Shown here: positions 20,460 through 31,489 of the stretch, in pieces
Numbering within the stretch: position 1 is the first letter of the stretch
How the letters are laid out: the number at the start of each line of letters is the position of its first letter
Origin: Chloroflexota bacterium
GTDB taxonomy: Bacteria > Chloroflexota > Anaerolineae > Caldilineales > Caldilineaceae
Length of the DNA: 46,995 bases
Reading direction: 5' to 3'
Assembly (NCBI GenBank): GCA_024277175.1
Contig: JAJRVT010000201.1
Location: forward strand, 1-46,995
Notes under the pieces: model-generated
Databases searched by the model: none
Told to the model about the DNA's origin: nothing
What the model saw: only the letters and a program-made list of their open reading frames with translations
Made by a program: the position numbers and the translations under genes

Positions 20460-22031
20460 CTACTTCGCGTACTCCACAGCCCGGGTCTCGCGCACGACGG
20501 TGACACGGATCTGGCCCGGGTACTGGAGGTTGTCTTCGATCTTGCTGGCGATGTCCTTACTCAGTTGGATGGCGGCCATGTCGTCCACCGCCCCCGGCTT
20601 GACCAGGACGCGAATCTCACGCCCGGCCTGGATGGCGTAGGTCTGCTCCACGCCTTGGAAGCTGTTGCCGATGGATTCCAGCTCGGTGACCCGCTTGATG
20701 TAGGTCTCCAGGCTTTCGCGGCGGGCGCCGGGCCGGGCCCCGCTGATGGCGTCAGCCGCGGCCACGATAACGGCCTCCACCGACTGGGGTTCGACTTCGC
20801 CGTGATGGCTGGCGATGCAGTTGACCACCGCGTCACTGACGCCATACCGTTTGGCGATCTCCGCGCCGACGATGGCGTGAGGGCCATCGATTTCATGGCT
20901 GACCGCCTTGCCCAGGTCGTGCAGCAGACCGCCGAGACGGGCGACGCGGACGTTGGCGTGCAGTTCGGCGGCGATGATGGCGGCCACGTGCGCGGTCTCG
21001 ACCGCGTGGTCGAGTTGATTCTGGCCATAGCTGGTGCGGAATTTGAGCCGCCCCAGCAGCTTGCGGATCTCCCGGTGCAGCCCCTGGGTATTGGTCTCGA
21101 TCATGGCCTGCTCGCCGGCGTCCATGATGATCTGATCGATTTCCTGGCGCGCCCGTTCCACCTCTTTCTCAATGCGGGTGGGATGGATGCGCCCGTCAGC
21201 CACCAGCTTGCTCAACGCCATGCGCGCGATCTCGCGCCGCACCGGGTCGAAGCTGCTGATGATGATAGCCTCGGGCGTGTCATCCACCACCAGGTCCACG
21301 CCGATGGCCTGTTCGATGGCGCGGATGTTGCGCCCTTGGCGTCCAATAATGCGGCCTTTCATCTCGTCTGAAGGCAGGGAGACGCTGCTCACCGCATATT
21401 CCGAAATGTGGTCGCTGGCCACCCGCTCGATGGCCAGGGCCACGATCTCCCTGGCGCGACGGTCGGCGTCCTCGGCCACCTCGGCTTCGACTTCGCGTAC
21501 AGTGCGAGCCATCTCCGCGCGCGAAGTTTTCTCCACTTCGGCCAACAGCACCGCACGCGCCTCCTCTTCGCTCATGCGGGCGATGCGCTGTATCTCCTGC
21601 ATATGTTTTTCTTCGGCCTGGGCCAACTGTTTATCCAGCTGATCGAGCCGGCTGGCCCGTTGATTGAGTTTACGCTCTCGAGTCTCGATCTTCTCCAGCT
21701 TGCGTTCAGCTGAATCGAGCCTGTTTTGCAGCCGGTCCTCAATCCGATCCAGTTCCTTACGTCGTTTCTCCTGCTCTATATCCATTTCATTGCGAAGACG
21801 AACAGCCTCTTCCTTCGCGGCCAACAGTTGCTGCTTGGCCTGCGTATCGGCGTCGGCCAGGATGCGACTTGCTTCGTCCAACGCATCCTGCCGCAGCTTG
21901 CTTTGGCGGTCTTGTTCGATCTCTATGCCAGACCGGCGGCCACGCTGAAAAGCGAAGTAACCGGCGGCGGCGGCGGCGAGCAATGAAAATAGGATAATCA
22001 GAACAATCGTCAGTAAAATGCCGGTGTCCAT
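20460..22031 (-). CDS. rny: ribonuclease Y
   Basis: N-terminal TM helix, long coiled coil, KH domain (IGRQGRNIRAIE), HD domain (HDLGK...HH). Confidence 0.9.
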   Translation of the reverse strand: MDTGILLTIVLIILFSLLAAAAAGYFAFQRGRRSGIEIEQDRQSKLRQDALDEASRILADADTQAKQQLLAAKEEAVRLRNEMDIEQEKRRKELDRIEDRLQNRLDSAERKLEKIETRERKLNQRASRLDQLDKQLAQAEEKHMQEIQRIARMSEEEARAVLLAEVEKTSRAEMARTVREVEAEVAEDADRRAREIVALAIERVASDHISEYAVSSVSLPSDEMKGRIIGRQGRNIRAIEQAIGVDLVVDDTPEAIIISSFDPVRREIARMALSKLVADGRIHPTRIEKEVERARQEIDQIIMDAGEQAMIETNTQGLHREIRKLLGRLKFRTSYGQNQLDHAVETAHVAAIIAAELHANVRVARLGGLLHDLGKAVSHEIDGPHAIVGAEIAKRYGVSDAVVNCIASHHGEVEPQSVEAVIVAAADAISGARPGARRESLETYIKRVTELESIGNSFQGVEQTYAIQAGREIRVLVKPGAVDDMAAIQLSKDIASKIEDNLQYPGQIRVTVVRETRAVEYAK

Positions 22032-22073
22032 TATTCAATCCTATCCTTTAATTGTGTTGGCAAACTTCACCCC

Positions 22074-22105
22074 ATAGAAAAAGCGCTGTAGCCAGGCTAC
22101 AGCGC
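22074..22105 (-). terminator. intrinsic terminator (9-bp GC stem + T-tract on minus strand) downstream of recA
   Basis: minus-strand gcgctgtag-cctgg-ctacagcgc followed by TTTTTCT. Confidence 0.6.
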
Positions 22106-22257
22106 AACGGTGACAAACAAATCAACGTCATGGCCGGGCGCGGCCATAACAGGAATTTGGCTTTTAACAGAGCAATGCAATGTCTTAAAACGCAGTCCGC
22201 CCTCGATTCGCGTCTATCGAATCGCTCTCGAGGAAAGGCTATACCCTTGATGGATGG

Positions 22258-23322
22258 CTACGACTTTGATTGAGCGACCTCGACATCTTTGTCCGTCGTC
22301 TCAACACCAGTATCGAGCGGCACAGCGCGCGCGGGCAGACCAACCCGTTCACGGATCAGGGCGTCGATTTCAGCGGCGATACGAGGATCATCTTTCAGGG
22401 AGGCTTTCGCATTTTCGCGCCCCTGCCCCAACAGTTCGCCGTTGTAGCGGTAGAAACTCCCCCGCTTTTCGATGATGTCGTGCTCCACGCCCAGGTCGAG
22501 CAGATCGCCGCTGGTGCTGATACCCTCGTCATACATGATGTCGAACTCGGCCACCTTGAAGGGCGGCGCGACTTTGTTCTTCTTCACGGTGACGCGGGTT
22601 CGGTTCCCAATCGGCTCACTGCCCTTTTTGATGGTCTGGATGCGACGTACGTCCAGACGAACGCTGGCGTAGAACTTGAGCGCCATGCCGCCTGACGTCG
22701 TCTCCGGGTTGCCAAACATGACCCCGATCTTCTGACGCAACTGGTTGGTGAAGATGAGGCAAGTGCCGCTGGTCTTGACTGCACCGGCCAGCTTGCGCAG
22801 GGCCTGACTCATAAGCCGGGCCTGCAGGCCCATGTGGGAGTCGCCCATCTCGCCTTCGATCTCAGCCCGGGGCACCAGGGCCGCCACGCTGTCCACTACC
22901 ACCACATCCATTGCGTTCGATCGCACCAACGCCTCGGTGATCTCCAGCGCCTGCTCGCCCGTGTCGGGCTGGCTGACGTAGAGATTGTTCACGTCCACGC
23001 CGATCCTGGAGGCATAGGCTGGGTCCAACGCGTGCTCCACGTCCACAAAGCCGCAGATGCCGCCTTCGCGCTGCGCCTCTGCAATCACATGCAAGCAGAA
23101 CGTCGTTTTCCCCGAACTTTCCGGCCCATAGATTTCGATGACGCGGCCTTTGGGCACGCCACCGATGCCAAGTGCGAGATCGAGGCTAAGACTGCCAGTG
23201 GGGATGGCTTCGACATTGAGCCGGGTGGCGTCTCCCAGCTTCATCACGATGCCTTCCCCAAACCGTTTATTGAGACCGGCGAGGGTCGTTTCGAGGGCTT
23301 TTTGGCGACCATCTGTAGACAT
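22258..23322 (-). CDS. recA: recombinase RecA
   Basis: GPESSGKTT Walker A, full-length 354 aa with canonical RecA N- and C-terminal regions. Confidence 0.95.
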   Translation of the reverse strand: MSTDGRQKALETTLAGLNKRFGEGIVMKLGDATRLNVEAIPTGSLSLDLALGIGGVPKGRVIEIYGPESSGKTTFCLHVIAEAQREGGICGFVDVEHALDPAYASRIGVDVNNLYVSQPDTGEQALEITEALVRSNAMDVVVVDSVAALVPRAEIEGEMGDSHMGLQARLMSQALRKLAGAVKTSGTCLIFTNQLRQKIGVMFGNPETTSGGMALKFYASVRLDVRRIQTIKKGSEPIGNRTRVTVKKNKVAPPFKVAEFDIMYDEGISTSGDLLDLGVEHDIIEKRGSFYRYNGELLGQGRENAKASLKDDPRIAAEIDALIRERVGLPARAVPLDTGVETTDKDVEVAQSKS

Positions 23323-23581
23323 TGCATACTCCGAATGACGCTCCCGCTATCCCCGTGAAACAATGGGGGCGAAAACGCCAGTTTAAGTCACATCTTATCG
23401 CTGTAGACTTTATCGATTGTAGGCTTCAATATAAGTGTACTTTACTTAAGCCCATATTGCAAAAGCGCACTAAAAAATTGTGACTTTGTTGTGGGTGCGT
23501 TCAGGGTAGGGCGAAGGGAATAGGCACGCAGATGGCGCAGGCCATCTGCGTTCTATCTGGGTGTTCGTTGTTATGTGGCGA

Positions 23582-25114
23582 TCACTGGGCGTATGGCAGA
23601 TAAATCCTATCGCGAAGTTTGGCGACTTCGGCCCGCAGCGCATCGTCCTCGGCTATGTCTTGCTCCATCTTGGTCACGCCATGGCGGATGGTGCTGTGAT
23701 CGCGGCCGCCCAAAACCCGCCCGATTCGGGGATAGGAAAGAGCGTTCTCCGCCCGCAGCAGGTACATGGCCACATGCCGGGCGTGGGCCACCGGCTGGCT
23801 ACGCCCGCGGCCGATCAGTTCCTCCGGCGTCAGGTTGAAATGAAGAGCCACAATGCGCACCACCCCGTCCGGGCTGCACGGCTTGCGCTGGGGCGCGAGA
23901 TTGTCCATCATCTGTACGGCCAGTTCGTAAGTCAACGGCTGGTTGCTCATCTGTGACTGAATATGCAGCCGGTTGAGCGCCCCTTCCAACTCACGAATAT
24001 TGGTGTCGATCCGTTCAGCCACGAACATCAACACCTGGGGATCGATGGGGACGCCAAGCCGGTCGGCCTTTTTTTGCAGAATGGCGACCCGGGTTTCGAA
24101 ATCGGGCGGCTGAATATCGGCCTGCAAGCCGCCTTCGAACCGGCTGCGCAGCCGCTCCTCCAGCCCGCCCAGCGCTTTGGGCGGACGGTCGCTGCTCAAC
24201 ACTACTTGGCCGCCGGCCGCGTGGAGGTGATTGAAGGTGTGGAAAAATTCCTCCTGGGTCCGCTCTTTGCCATCCAAAAACTGAATGTCATCGATGAGCA
24301 GGACGTCCACCTGTCGATACTTCTCGCGGAATTCGTCCGTCTTCTGATGCCGAATGGAGTTGATCAAGTCGTTGGTGAATTGCTCCGACGAACAGTAGAG
24401 CACGATGCTCCCGTGGGCTTGGGCGTAGTTGCCAATGGCGTGTAAAAGGTGGGTCTTCCCCAACCCCACACCGCCATAGACGAAAAATGGGTTGTAACGC
24501 ATGCCCGGTTCCCGGGCGATAGCGCTGGCTGCGGCGTGGGCGAGCCGATTCTGGTCACCCACCACAAAGGCGTCGAACGTATATTCGCCCCGTAGTTGGC
24601 TCGTATAGCGCGACCGAAACGCCATGGGGATCGAGCGATCCTGTCGGGCCGCCGACGGCGATGATGACGTCCCTTGCGCCCAATGCCCCGTGTCGTCCAT
24701 TTCATCTGCCCGAGAACGGTTTCCGGCCTCACGACTGGCGGACGCCCCAACCGCCACCGCAGGCGTCACCTCCGCGCTGGCGGCCTGGTAGAGGGGGGTG
24801 GACGCCAACTCGGCATCGCCTTCCATGGTTTTTGGAGACTGCACCCGCAGGGTGACCTGAACGGACGAACGCCCCATATGGACGCGCAACTTCTTTTTGA
24901 TGGTGTTGAGTAGCTTTTGATGGAGCCACTCGTATGCAAACATGGTGGGCAGGCCGATGATGAACTCGCCGTCCTCATAGGCGATAAGCCAAGCATCGCG
25001 CACGTATGAATGAAAGACGCCAGGGTCCAGGCTCAGTTTCAATTCATCAAGAACGGAACGCCAGATTCGCTCCGGGTCGAACGTCTGTCTCGAGAAAGGG
25101 ACAGATCCCACCAT
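23582..25114 (-). CDS. dnaA: chromosomal replication initiator DnaA (ORF is open up to 25375, but domain I begins near 25114)
   Basis: DnaA domain I (IWRSVLDELKLSL...), AAA+ GGVGLGKTHLLHAIGN, C-terminal DNA-binding HTH (DHSTIRHGVTKMEQ). Confidence 0.85.
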   Translation of the reverse strand: MVGSVPFSRQTFDPERIWRSVLDELKLSLDPGVFHSYVRDAWLIAYEDGEFIIGLPTMFAYEWLHQKLLNTIKKKLRVHMGRSSVQVTLRVQSPKTMEGDAELASTPLYQAASAEVTPAVAVGASASREAGNRSRADEMDDTGHWAQGTSSSPSAARQDRSIPMAFRSRYTSQLRGEYTFDAFVVGDQNRLAHAAASAIAREPGMRYNPFFVYGGVGLGKTHLLHAIGNYAQAHGSIVLYCSSEQFTNDLINSIRHQKTDEFREKYRQVDVLLIDDIQFLDGKERTQEEFFHTFNHLHAAGGQVVLSSDRPPKALGGLEERLRSRFEGGLQADIQPPDFETRVAILQKKADRLGVPIDPQVLMFVAERIDTNIRELEGALNRLHIQSQMSNQPLTYELAVQMMDNLAPQRKPCSPDGVVRIVALHFNLTPEELIGRGRSQPVAHARHVAMYLLRAENALSYPRIGRVLGGRDHSTIRHGVTKMEQDIAEDDALRAEVAKLRDRIYLPYAQ

Positions 25115-26053
25115 CCTGGATTTTCCCTCATTGACGGAGACGTCAGCGGGCGAAACGGGGTCGGCTGCAGGCTCACCGCGACGCGACGTTGAACCGGCCC
25201 TCGGCGGAGCTATCCACTCTGACTGGTGGTCGGAAACGTCCACGACTGTAGCCGCAGGCATGGGCGCGCGCTGGAATTGACGCCGGTCTTCATGAGGGAA
25301 ATCGAAATCAACAGCCTGATAGTCGAGCAGAGAATCGGCGCTATGGCGGCGTGATGAGGCGGAATGAGATTTCAAGGTCGGTCCCCCAAAAAATATCTGA
25401 TCGAATGAATAGATAATGTCGCACTCGAAACAATACCACGGACTGCCGGAACAATTGTGAAAAAATAATGAATCGTCCCGTAAATTTCACTCTGTTTTGG
25501 CGCCTGTTTCAGGGACGCAAAACCCCACCGCGCGCGATGAGTCGCCCACACAGGCCCAAAAGTATGATCCGCAGTTGTTTCGTTTATTAGACCGAACCAA
25601 ACCCGTTAAAGTTTGCCCGGCCGAGGGGTGATACGCGCTACAACATCGGGTTCGCTGTTGCTGCTGGACACCCCATTACTTCCGTCAGAAGATGGGCGCC
25701 CAGTTGCGAGGCGATGAATTTGAAGCGATGAATTTGTATTGGACAGTCTACCAGATTCGAGCCAAGATCGCAATCCGTTTCATGTGAAATTTTGGACGAA
25801 TTCCTTTAACACCACCTGTTTTATTGTCAACTGATCGGCATTGAACATTTGTCCTACGCGAGATATGGCGCGCTTCTGCCGACGATCCACAAAATGGAAG
25901 ACAGCGCCAATATTGGTCAGCATCATAACTTTAAGGTTGAATCGAGCGCTGTCCAGCGACCGCTAACGCAACCTTACCCTTGCCTGACGCCTCTTCCGAG
26001 TTACCCCCAGTCGCCCCCAGGTAATCCCCAGAGTTATCCCCGAAGTGGGCGAG

Positions 26054-27742
26054 TTATTGGTAAGTGATCGTATAATCCAGCGGCGTGACGCTGATCCAGG
26101 TGCGGCCCGGCTTGAGGGGAATCTCCGCTCCGTTCTCGCCATAAAAGCGGGGCGTATCCCCCTGGCTCTCACTGCGCCACACCCCCGAGAACGCCTGCCC
26201 GTCCCGAAAAACGATGGCCGGCCCGCTGCCAAAGAGGTTGAGACGGATGCTACGGCTTCCCAGGGAATCCTCCACGATGTCGGTCACCTGGTGAGGAACA
26301 TATTGGACCACCACATTTTCGACGCCCACCTGCACGCCCGTATTGCCGTCTAACTGGGCTCCGCCGCCTAGAAAACGCAGATATCGCCCACTGCCCGGAT
26401 CGTACTGATAGCTTACCTGACTGCCCGTGCCGCTTGGATAGGGGATGCTGACGCTTGTGGCCGGCGCACCCCCGCCCGCCGGATCGCCGAACGTAAAGCC
26501 GCGCACGCCGGTCGCCTGCTCCACCCCCCAGTCCGCCAGCCAGCGCCGCAGCTTTTCCGTGCTCGTGCGCAGCCGGGTGCGATAGTCATTGCCAATGCTG
26601 ACCGAATAGCGGGTGTTGGACGGGTCGTCGAGGTCGATATCCATATAGGGTGCGGGCATATTGTTCTTGAGCGCGTAGCGCACCTGGTCGCTGGCCCCGG
26701 AACAGGCCAGGCCTGCCTTGTAAAGGGGCGCCATATAGTAGTTGATCAGGCGCGCGCTGCGCACCGGCCCGATCTGTCCTATATCATCGCCGTAGAAGAC
26801 GCCGCTGAAACGGGTGATGCCAAACCCCTCCATCAGATACTCATACATCACATCGGCCTGGCTGATCCCCATCTGAGGACGGGCTGCGTAGTCATTATTG
26901 ATACAGACGATGACAGGCCGTTGCCCGGCGCGCCCACCGGCCAGAGGCTGACCAGTCAGGGGATTGGTTCCCCCGGGCGGGCCGAATCCGCCATCCCTGG
27001 GCAGCCCGGCCGCGGGCGCAGCCGCCAGGCGCGCGGACTCCCCGCCGCCGGAAGCAGAGACGCTCTGGTCTCCGCCCGTTACGGCCGCGGCGGCCGTCAC
27101 CGTCTCCGCAGCCGGCGTTGGCGGGGGCGGCGCCTCCACCAGCGGCAACGCGGCCTCAATCCCGCCGTCCACCGTCACATCCAGCAGGTTGGCGCTGATC
27201 CAGCCCGGGATCTCTGCATCGTCTTCAGCGCCGGTCGCGCCCGCCAGACAGCAGACCTGAAGCCAGGCGCCGTCTTCGTCGCGCCCACTCAGTTGGTACG
27301 CCGTTCCCTCGCCTACGGTGGCGAGGATGGGGTAGGTCGTCCCCGGCCCGCCGCGTACATTGACCAGCGTCCCTGTGACCACGCCTGCACGCCGGGGCGC
27401 TGCTGTCGGGCTCGGCGTGGGCGTGGGCAGAACCAACGGAGGCCGGGTGAGCGTCGGCGCAGGGGGCGGGGTCGCGGCCAGAAGCGTCACCAACGGCTCC
27501 GCGCGCGCCCCATCCCCGGGTGTGACTGGCTGGTCTAGCGCAACACTGTCGGTGCTGGGAACCGCGCCGGCGTCCGTCGCGGCCGGCGTCTGAGAGGGGG
27601 ACGCTGACTCGTCGGTCGAAATCGGGGCCGCGTCCGGGCTGCTACAGCCGTTCAGCAACAGAAAAAGTGTGACGGCCGTCGCTGCCAAGGTGATCATAAC
27701 GCCGCCTCGTAGGCGGAGCGAATGCTTCATTGTTTTATCCAT
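26054..27742 (-). CDS. lipoprotein with SH3b domain and C-terminal DUF3048 (YerB-like)
   Basis: signal peptide + lipobox (LLLNGC), Pro/Thr-rich linker, SH3b-like GTLVNVRGGPGTTYPILATV...AWLQV, DUF3048-like C-terminal half. Confidence 0.6.
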   Translation of the reverse strand: MDKTMKHSLRLRGGVMITLAATAVTLFLLLNGCSSPDAAPISTDESASPSQTPAATDAGAVPSTDSVALDQPVTPGDGARAEPLVTLLAATPPPAPTLTRPPLVLPTPTPSPTAAPRRAGVVTGTLVNVRGGPGTTYPILATVGEGTAYQLSGRDEDGAWLQVCCLAGATGAEDDAEIPGWISANLLDVTVDGGIEAALPLVEAPPPPTPAAETVTAAAAVTGGDQSVSASGGGESARLAAAPAAGLPRDGGFGPPGGTNPLTGQPLAGGRAGQRPVIVCINNDYAARPQMGISQADVMYEYLMEGFGITRFSGVFYGDDIGQIGPVRSARLINYYMAPLYKAGLACSGASDQVRYALKNNMPAPYMDIDLDDPSNTRYSVSIGNDYRTRLRTSTEKLRRWLADWGVEQATGVRGFTFGDPAGGGAPATSVSIPYPSGTGSQVSYQYDPGSGRYLRFLGGGAQLDGNTGVQVGVENVVVQYVPHQVTDIVEDSLGSRSIRLNLFGSGPAIVFRDGQAFSGVWRSESQGDTPRFYGENGAEIPLKPGRTWISVTPLDYTITYQ

Positions 27743-28059
27743 GGTTGATGACAGTTGATAACGCCGACAGCCTGCCGGCGATCATACCCCCCGCGCAAAG
27801 AGTCGTCAAACATGGACGTCTCTGCATCTGCTTTGCCGATTGCCTCCAGGTTGCGAACGGGGTATAATGGACAGGCGCAGTCATCCAAGAGACAGAATTT
27901 TTTTCATAGATTCAGCAGTTCACGATTTGTCATTCCAATGACCAAAGGAAAGAGGAATCTGCGGTCTCTACCCGAAAGATTCCTCGTTGCCCCGTTGCTC
28001 CACTCCCCAGAGTAACAAATCCTGCAAAAATCGTGAATTTCTGAGATTGGAGACGGAAC

Positions 28060-28869
28060 ATGGGCTTTAGTCTGGGTTTACTCGTTATCGTCCTCGTGTT
28101 GCTGTTCATGTTCTTCCGCGCCGCGGTCAAGGTGGTGCCAGAGTATGAACGCGGCGTGATCTTCCGACTTGGCCGGGTCCAGGGAGACGCCAAGGGACCA
28201 GGTCTCTTTCTGCTCATTCCCTTCATCGACAAAATGATGAAAGTGGATCTGCGCGTGGTCACCCTGGACGTGCCGAGCCAGGAGGCTATCACGCTGGATA
28301 ACGTGACCGTGCGCGTCAACGCCGTCTGCTATTTCCGGGTCATGGACCCGGTGGCCGCGGTCGTCAATATCGATAATTACCTGCTGGCCACCCAACAGAT
28401 CGCGCAGACCACCCTGCGTTCAGTCATGGGCCAGAGCGAGTTGGATGAACTGCTTTCCGAGCGTGACCAGATCAACCGTCAGCTTCAGCAGATCATCGAT
28501 GAACAGACGGAACCCTGGGGCGTGAAGGTGAGCATTGTCGAGGTCAAGGATGTGGAGTTGCCCAAGACCATGCAGCGGGCGATGGCCCGCCAGGCCGAAG
28601 CTGAGCGTGAGAAGCGGGCCAAGATCATTCATGCCGAGGGTGAATATCAGGCCGCCAAGCGACTTTCCGAAGCGGCGGAGACCATGGCCACCAGCGGAGC
28701 CATGCAACTGCGCTATCTACAAACCCTGAGCGAGATCAGCGCCGAAAACAACAGCACCATCATTTTCCCCCTGCCCATCGAGTTATTCCAGGGCCTGTTG
28801 GGTCAAGATTCGCAGAAAGGGAATAAAAAGGATGATACGCAGGACATAGCAGGTCAAATCTCCGAATAG
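28060..28869 (+). CDS. SPFH/band-7 stomatin-like membrane protein
   Basis: N-terminal TM helix then [15 protein letters not shown]... SPFH domain and coiled-coil C-terminus. Confidence 0.8.
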   Translation: MGFSLGLLVIVLVLLFMFFRAAVKVVPEYERGVIFRLGRVQGDAKGPGLFLLIPFIDKMMKVDLRVVTLDVPSQEAITLDNVTVRVNAVCYFRVMDPVAAVVNIDNYLLATQQIAQTTLRSVMGQSELDELLSERDQINRQLQQIIDEQTEPWGVKVSIVEVKDVELPKTMQRAMARQAEAEREKRAKIIHAEGEYQAAKRLSEAAETMATSGAMQLRYLQTLSEISAENNSTIIFPLPIELFQGLLGQDSQKGNKKDDTQDIAGQISE

Positions 28870-28911
28870 ATGCTCTCATAATCAATCACCTTTCCCCCAA
28901 ACCAAGCATCG

Positions 28912-29826
28912 ATGCTTATGCGTATTCTTCGTCCAACCACGCCTGCGGGCGCAGCGATCCACAAAAAACCGCGCTTTCGGCTCACGCCCTATCTCTTCGT
29001 CCTGCCCTATCTGACCATTTTTGTGGTTTTCCGGCTGGCGCCATCCATCGCGGGATTGGGCGTCTCCTTCACCAACTGGGCGGCTGTGGGAACGCCCCGA
29101 TGGATCGGCCTTAAAAATTACCAGGCCATGGTACGCGACCCGCGGCTGCATGATGCCGTGCGCAACACCTTCGTCTTCACCCTGATCACCGTGCCCCTGC
29201 TGGTTGGATTGGGGCTGGCCCTGGCCATCTTCCTTAACCAGCGTCACCGGGGACGGGGCGTGGGACGCGTGGCGATCTTCACGCCCTATGTGATCATGTC
29301 CACCGTGGTTGGCGTGCTCTGGACATGGATGCTGGACAAAGATTTCGGCCTCATCAACGTCTACCTTGGCCATAACATCCCTTGGCTGGTGAGCCAGAAA
29401 TACGCGCTCTACGCCATCGTCATCACCACCGTCTGGTGGACAGTGGGCTACAACATGGTCCTCTATCTGGCCGGTTTGCAGGATGTGCCCGCGGAACTCT
29501 ATGAGGCGGCCCGCATCGATGGAGCCAATTCATGGCGACTTTTCCGCCACATCACCCTGCCCCTGCTGGCCCCGACCACTTTCCTGGTGCTCATGCTCAC
29601 CCTGATCAACTCATTCCAGATCTTCGATCTGGTCTTCGTCATGACCTCTGGCGGGCCGGGAACCTCGACGCTGACCCTGGTGCAGTACGTCTACACGACC
29701 GCCTTCCAGTTCCGTAAATTCGGCTATGGATCGGCCGTGGCGGTGCTCCTCTTCGCCATCCTGGTTGTACTTGCGATCATCCAGACGCGCGTCTATCGTC
29801 GCGGGTTGAAGGGGGCGGCGGAATGA
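28912..29826 (+). CDS. carbohydrate ABC transporter permease (MalF/UgpA type)
   Basis: EAA loop [25 protein letters not shown]; 6 TM segments. Confidence 0.8.
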   Translation: MLMRILRPTTPAGAAIHKKPRFRLTPYLFVLPYLTIFVVFRLAPSIAGLGVSFTNWAAVGTPRWIGLKNYQAMVRDPRLHDAVRNTFVFTLITVPLLVGLGLALAIFLNQRHRGRGVGRVAIFTPYVIMSTVVGVLWTWMLDKDFGLINVYLGHNIPWLVSQKYALYAIVITTVWWTVGYNMVLYLAGLQDVPAELYEAARIDGANSWRLFRHITLPLLAPTTFLVLMLTLINSFQIFDLVFVMTSGGPGTSTLTLVQYVYTTAFQFRKFGYGSAVAVLLFAILVVLAIIQTRVYRRGLKGAAE

Positions 29827-30668
29827 CTATCGGGAAAGTGGTGGGCGGCGCGCTCTGGTATGCGCTCCTGATCGTGGTGGTGGTCCTGGCATTGGGCCCG
29901 GTGGTGTGGATGGTCTCGACTTCGCTCAAACCAGAAGTGCAAATCATGACCACGGAGATCCATTGGATCCCGCAGACCTTCACCCTGGAGAACTTTCAGG
30001 CCGTGCTCGCACGTCACAACATACTGCGCTGGACGTTCAACAGCCTGTTGGTGGCCAGCGTGGCCACCCTGCTGGTGCTGATCCTGGATTCCCTGGCCGG
30101 TTACGCCTTGGCGCGCATGGAATTCTATGGACGGGATTCGCTCTTCATCCTCATCCTCTCCATGCTCTTCGTGCCCTTGCAGATCACGGTGGTGCCCCTC
30201 TTCCTTCTCTTTTCGAAGATGGGCCTGACCGACACCTACTGGGCGCTGATCCTGCCCGTGGGCGCCAACGTGACCGGCGTCTTCCTCATGCGCCAGTTCT
30301 TCCTCACCATTCCCGGCGAGCTGGAGGATGCGGCCCGGGTGGATGGAGCCAATGATTTCCAGATCTGGTGGCGGGTGGTCATGCCCCTGGCCAAGCCTGC
30401 GTTGACCGCGGTCACCATTATCACCTTCCTCTCCACCTGGAACAGCTTCTTCTGGCCGCTGATCGTCACCCGCACGGATGCGGTGCGCACCCTGCCCGTG
30501 GGCGTGGCCCAGTTCATGAGCCTGCGCCCGGGCATGGCCCAGGCCGCCCAGGCTTTCGGCCAGTCCATGGCCGGGGCCACCATGGCCGCGCTGCCGCCCA
30601 TCATCTTTTTCCTGCTGCTCCAGCGCTACTTCATCGAAGGTATTTCCATGACGGGCATGAAGGGCTGA
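29823..30668 (+). CDS. carbohydrate ABC transporter permease (MalG/UgpE type)
   Basis: EAA loop [26 protein letters not shown]; 4-nt overlap with upstream permease. Confidence 0.8.
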   Translation: MTIGKVVGGALWYALLIVVVVLALGPVVWMVSTSLKPEVQIMTTEIHWIPQTFTLENFQAVLARHNILRWTFNSLLVASVATLLVLILDSLAGYALARMEFYGRDSLFILILSMLFVPLQITVVPLFLLFSKMGLTDTYWALILPVGANVTGVFLMRQFFLTIPGELEDAARVDGANDFQIWWRVVMPLAKPALTAVTIITFLSTWNSFFWPLIVTRTDAVRTLPVGVAQFMSLRPGMAQAAQAFGQSMAGATMAALPPIIFFLLLQRYFIEGISMTGMKG

Positions 30669-30672
30669 TCCG

Positions 30673-31458
30673 CTACCCAAACATCCCCATGGCCAGATCC
30701 CAGATCCCGAACATCTTGATGATGGAGACGACGATGATGAAGATCAGGAGACGGCGCACCCAGACGTTGGCGTTGGGATTGCCGGTGGCGAAGCGCGCCG
30801 CCAGCCAGGCCCCCGTGCTCTGACCGACGGCCATAAGCAGACCCAGCCCCCAGTTCACCTGCCCGTTCGTCACGAAGACGATGATGGCGGCCAGGCTGTA
30901 GGTCAGGATGATGACCAGTTTAATGGCGTTGGCATGGATCAGGTTATAGCCGGCGCCCAGCACCAGCGCCGCCAGCAGGAAGATGCCCACGCCGGCCTGG
31001 ATGAAGCCTCCGTAGATGCCAATGAAGAAAAACATGATCAGCTTCCACAGGCTGGGCCGCCCTACCTGTGGATCGGACTTCTCCCGCAGCCAGCGTTTGG
31101 GATCCACCAGGATCACGATCAACATGACGACCATGACCACGCCGATGGTGATGTGCATGGCGCGCTCGTTGAGGTCCACGGCGATGCGCGCCCCCAGGAT
31201 CGCCCCCAGCACGGCCGGCAGCGTGTACCAGATGCCGTCGCCGAGCTCTAGATGCCCCCGGCGCTTGAATGTGCTCACGCCAACAATGTTCTGGATAATG
31301 ACGCCCACCCGGTTGGTGCCGTTAGCCACCGGGGCCGGCAGACCCAGGAAAATCAGCATGGGCAGGGTGACCAACGAACCGCTGCCCGCCAGGGTGTTGA
31401 TGATGCCGGCCAAAACGCCGGCCAAAATTGCAAGAACGTAGACATACCAATGAGTCAT
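30673..31458 (-). CDS. TauE/SafE (TSUP, DUF81) family anion exporter
   Basis: two glycine-rich 4-TM repeats (GxGGGxxxxP); annotated N-terminal 38 aa are translation of a tandem/palindromic repeat, so start set at MTHWYVYVL. Confidence 0.7.
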   Translation of the reverse strand: MTHWYVYVLAILAGVLAGIINTLAGSGSLVTLPMLIFLGLPAPVANGTNRVGVIIQNIVGVSTFKRRGHLELGDGIWYTLPAVLGAILGARIAVDLNERAMHITIGVVMVVMLIVILVDPKRWLREKSDPQVGRPSLWKLIMFFFIGIYGGFIQAGVGIFLLAALVLGAGYNLIHANAIKLVIILTYSLAAIIVFVTNGQVNWGLGLLMAVGQSTGAWLAARFATGNPNANVWVRRLLIFIIVVSIIKMFGIWDLAMGMFG

Positions 31459-31489
31459 GATCAGATCCCAGCTTGTGTGAACAGCGTTT

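Noticed and set aside
22200-22257. Second hairpin cluster (cctcgattcg...cgaatcg...tcgagg) right after the recA stop as the recA terminator
   Set aside because: Lacks a U-tract. The stronger stem+TTTTTCT terminator 100 nt further downstream (22074-22105) was called instead. The proximal hairpins may be RNA-stability elements.
25376-26050. Calling this region oriC
   Set aside because: No canonical TTATCCACA boxes were found by eye, dnaN is absent, and the ribosomal-protein cluster at the right end of the window is on the minus strand, which argues that the origin lies outside this window. Kept only as a low-confidence hypothesis in findings.
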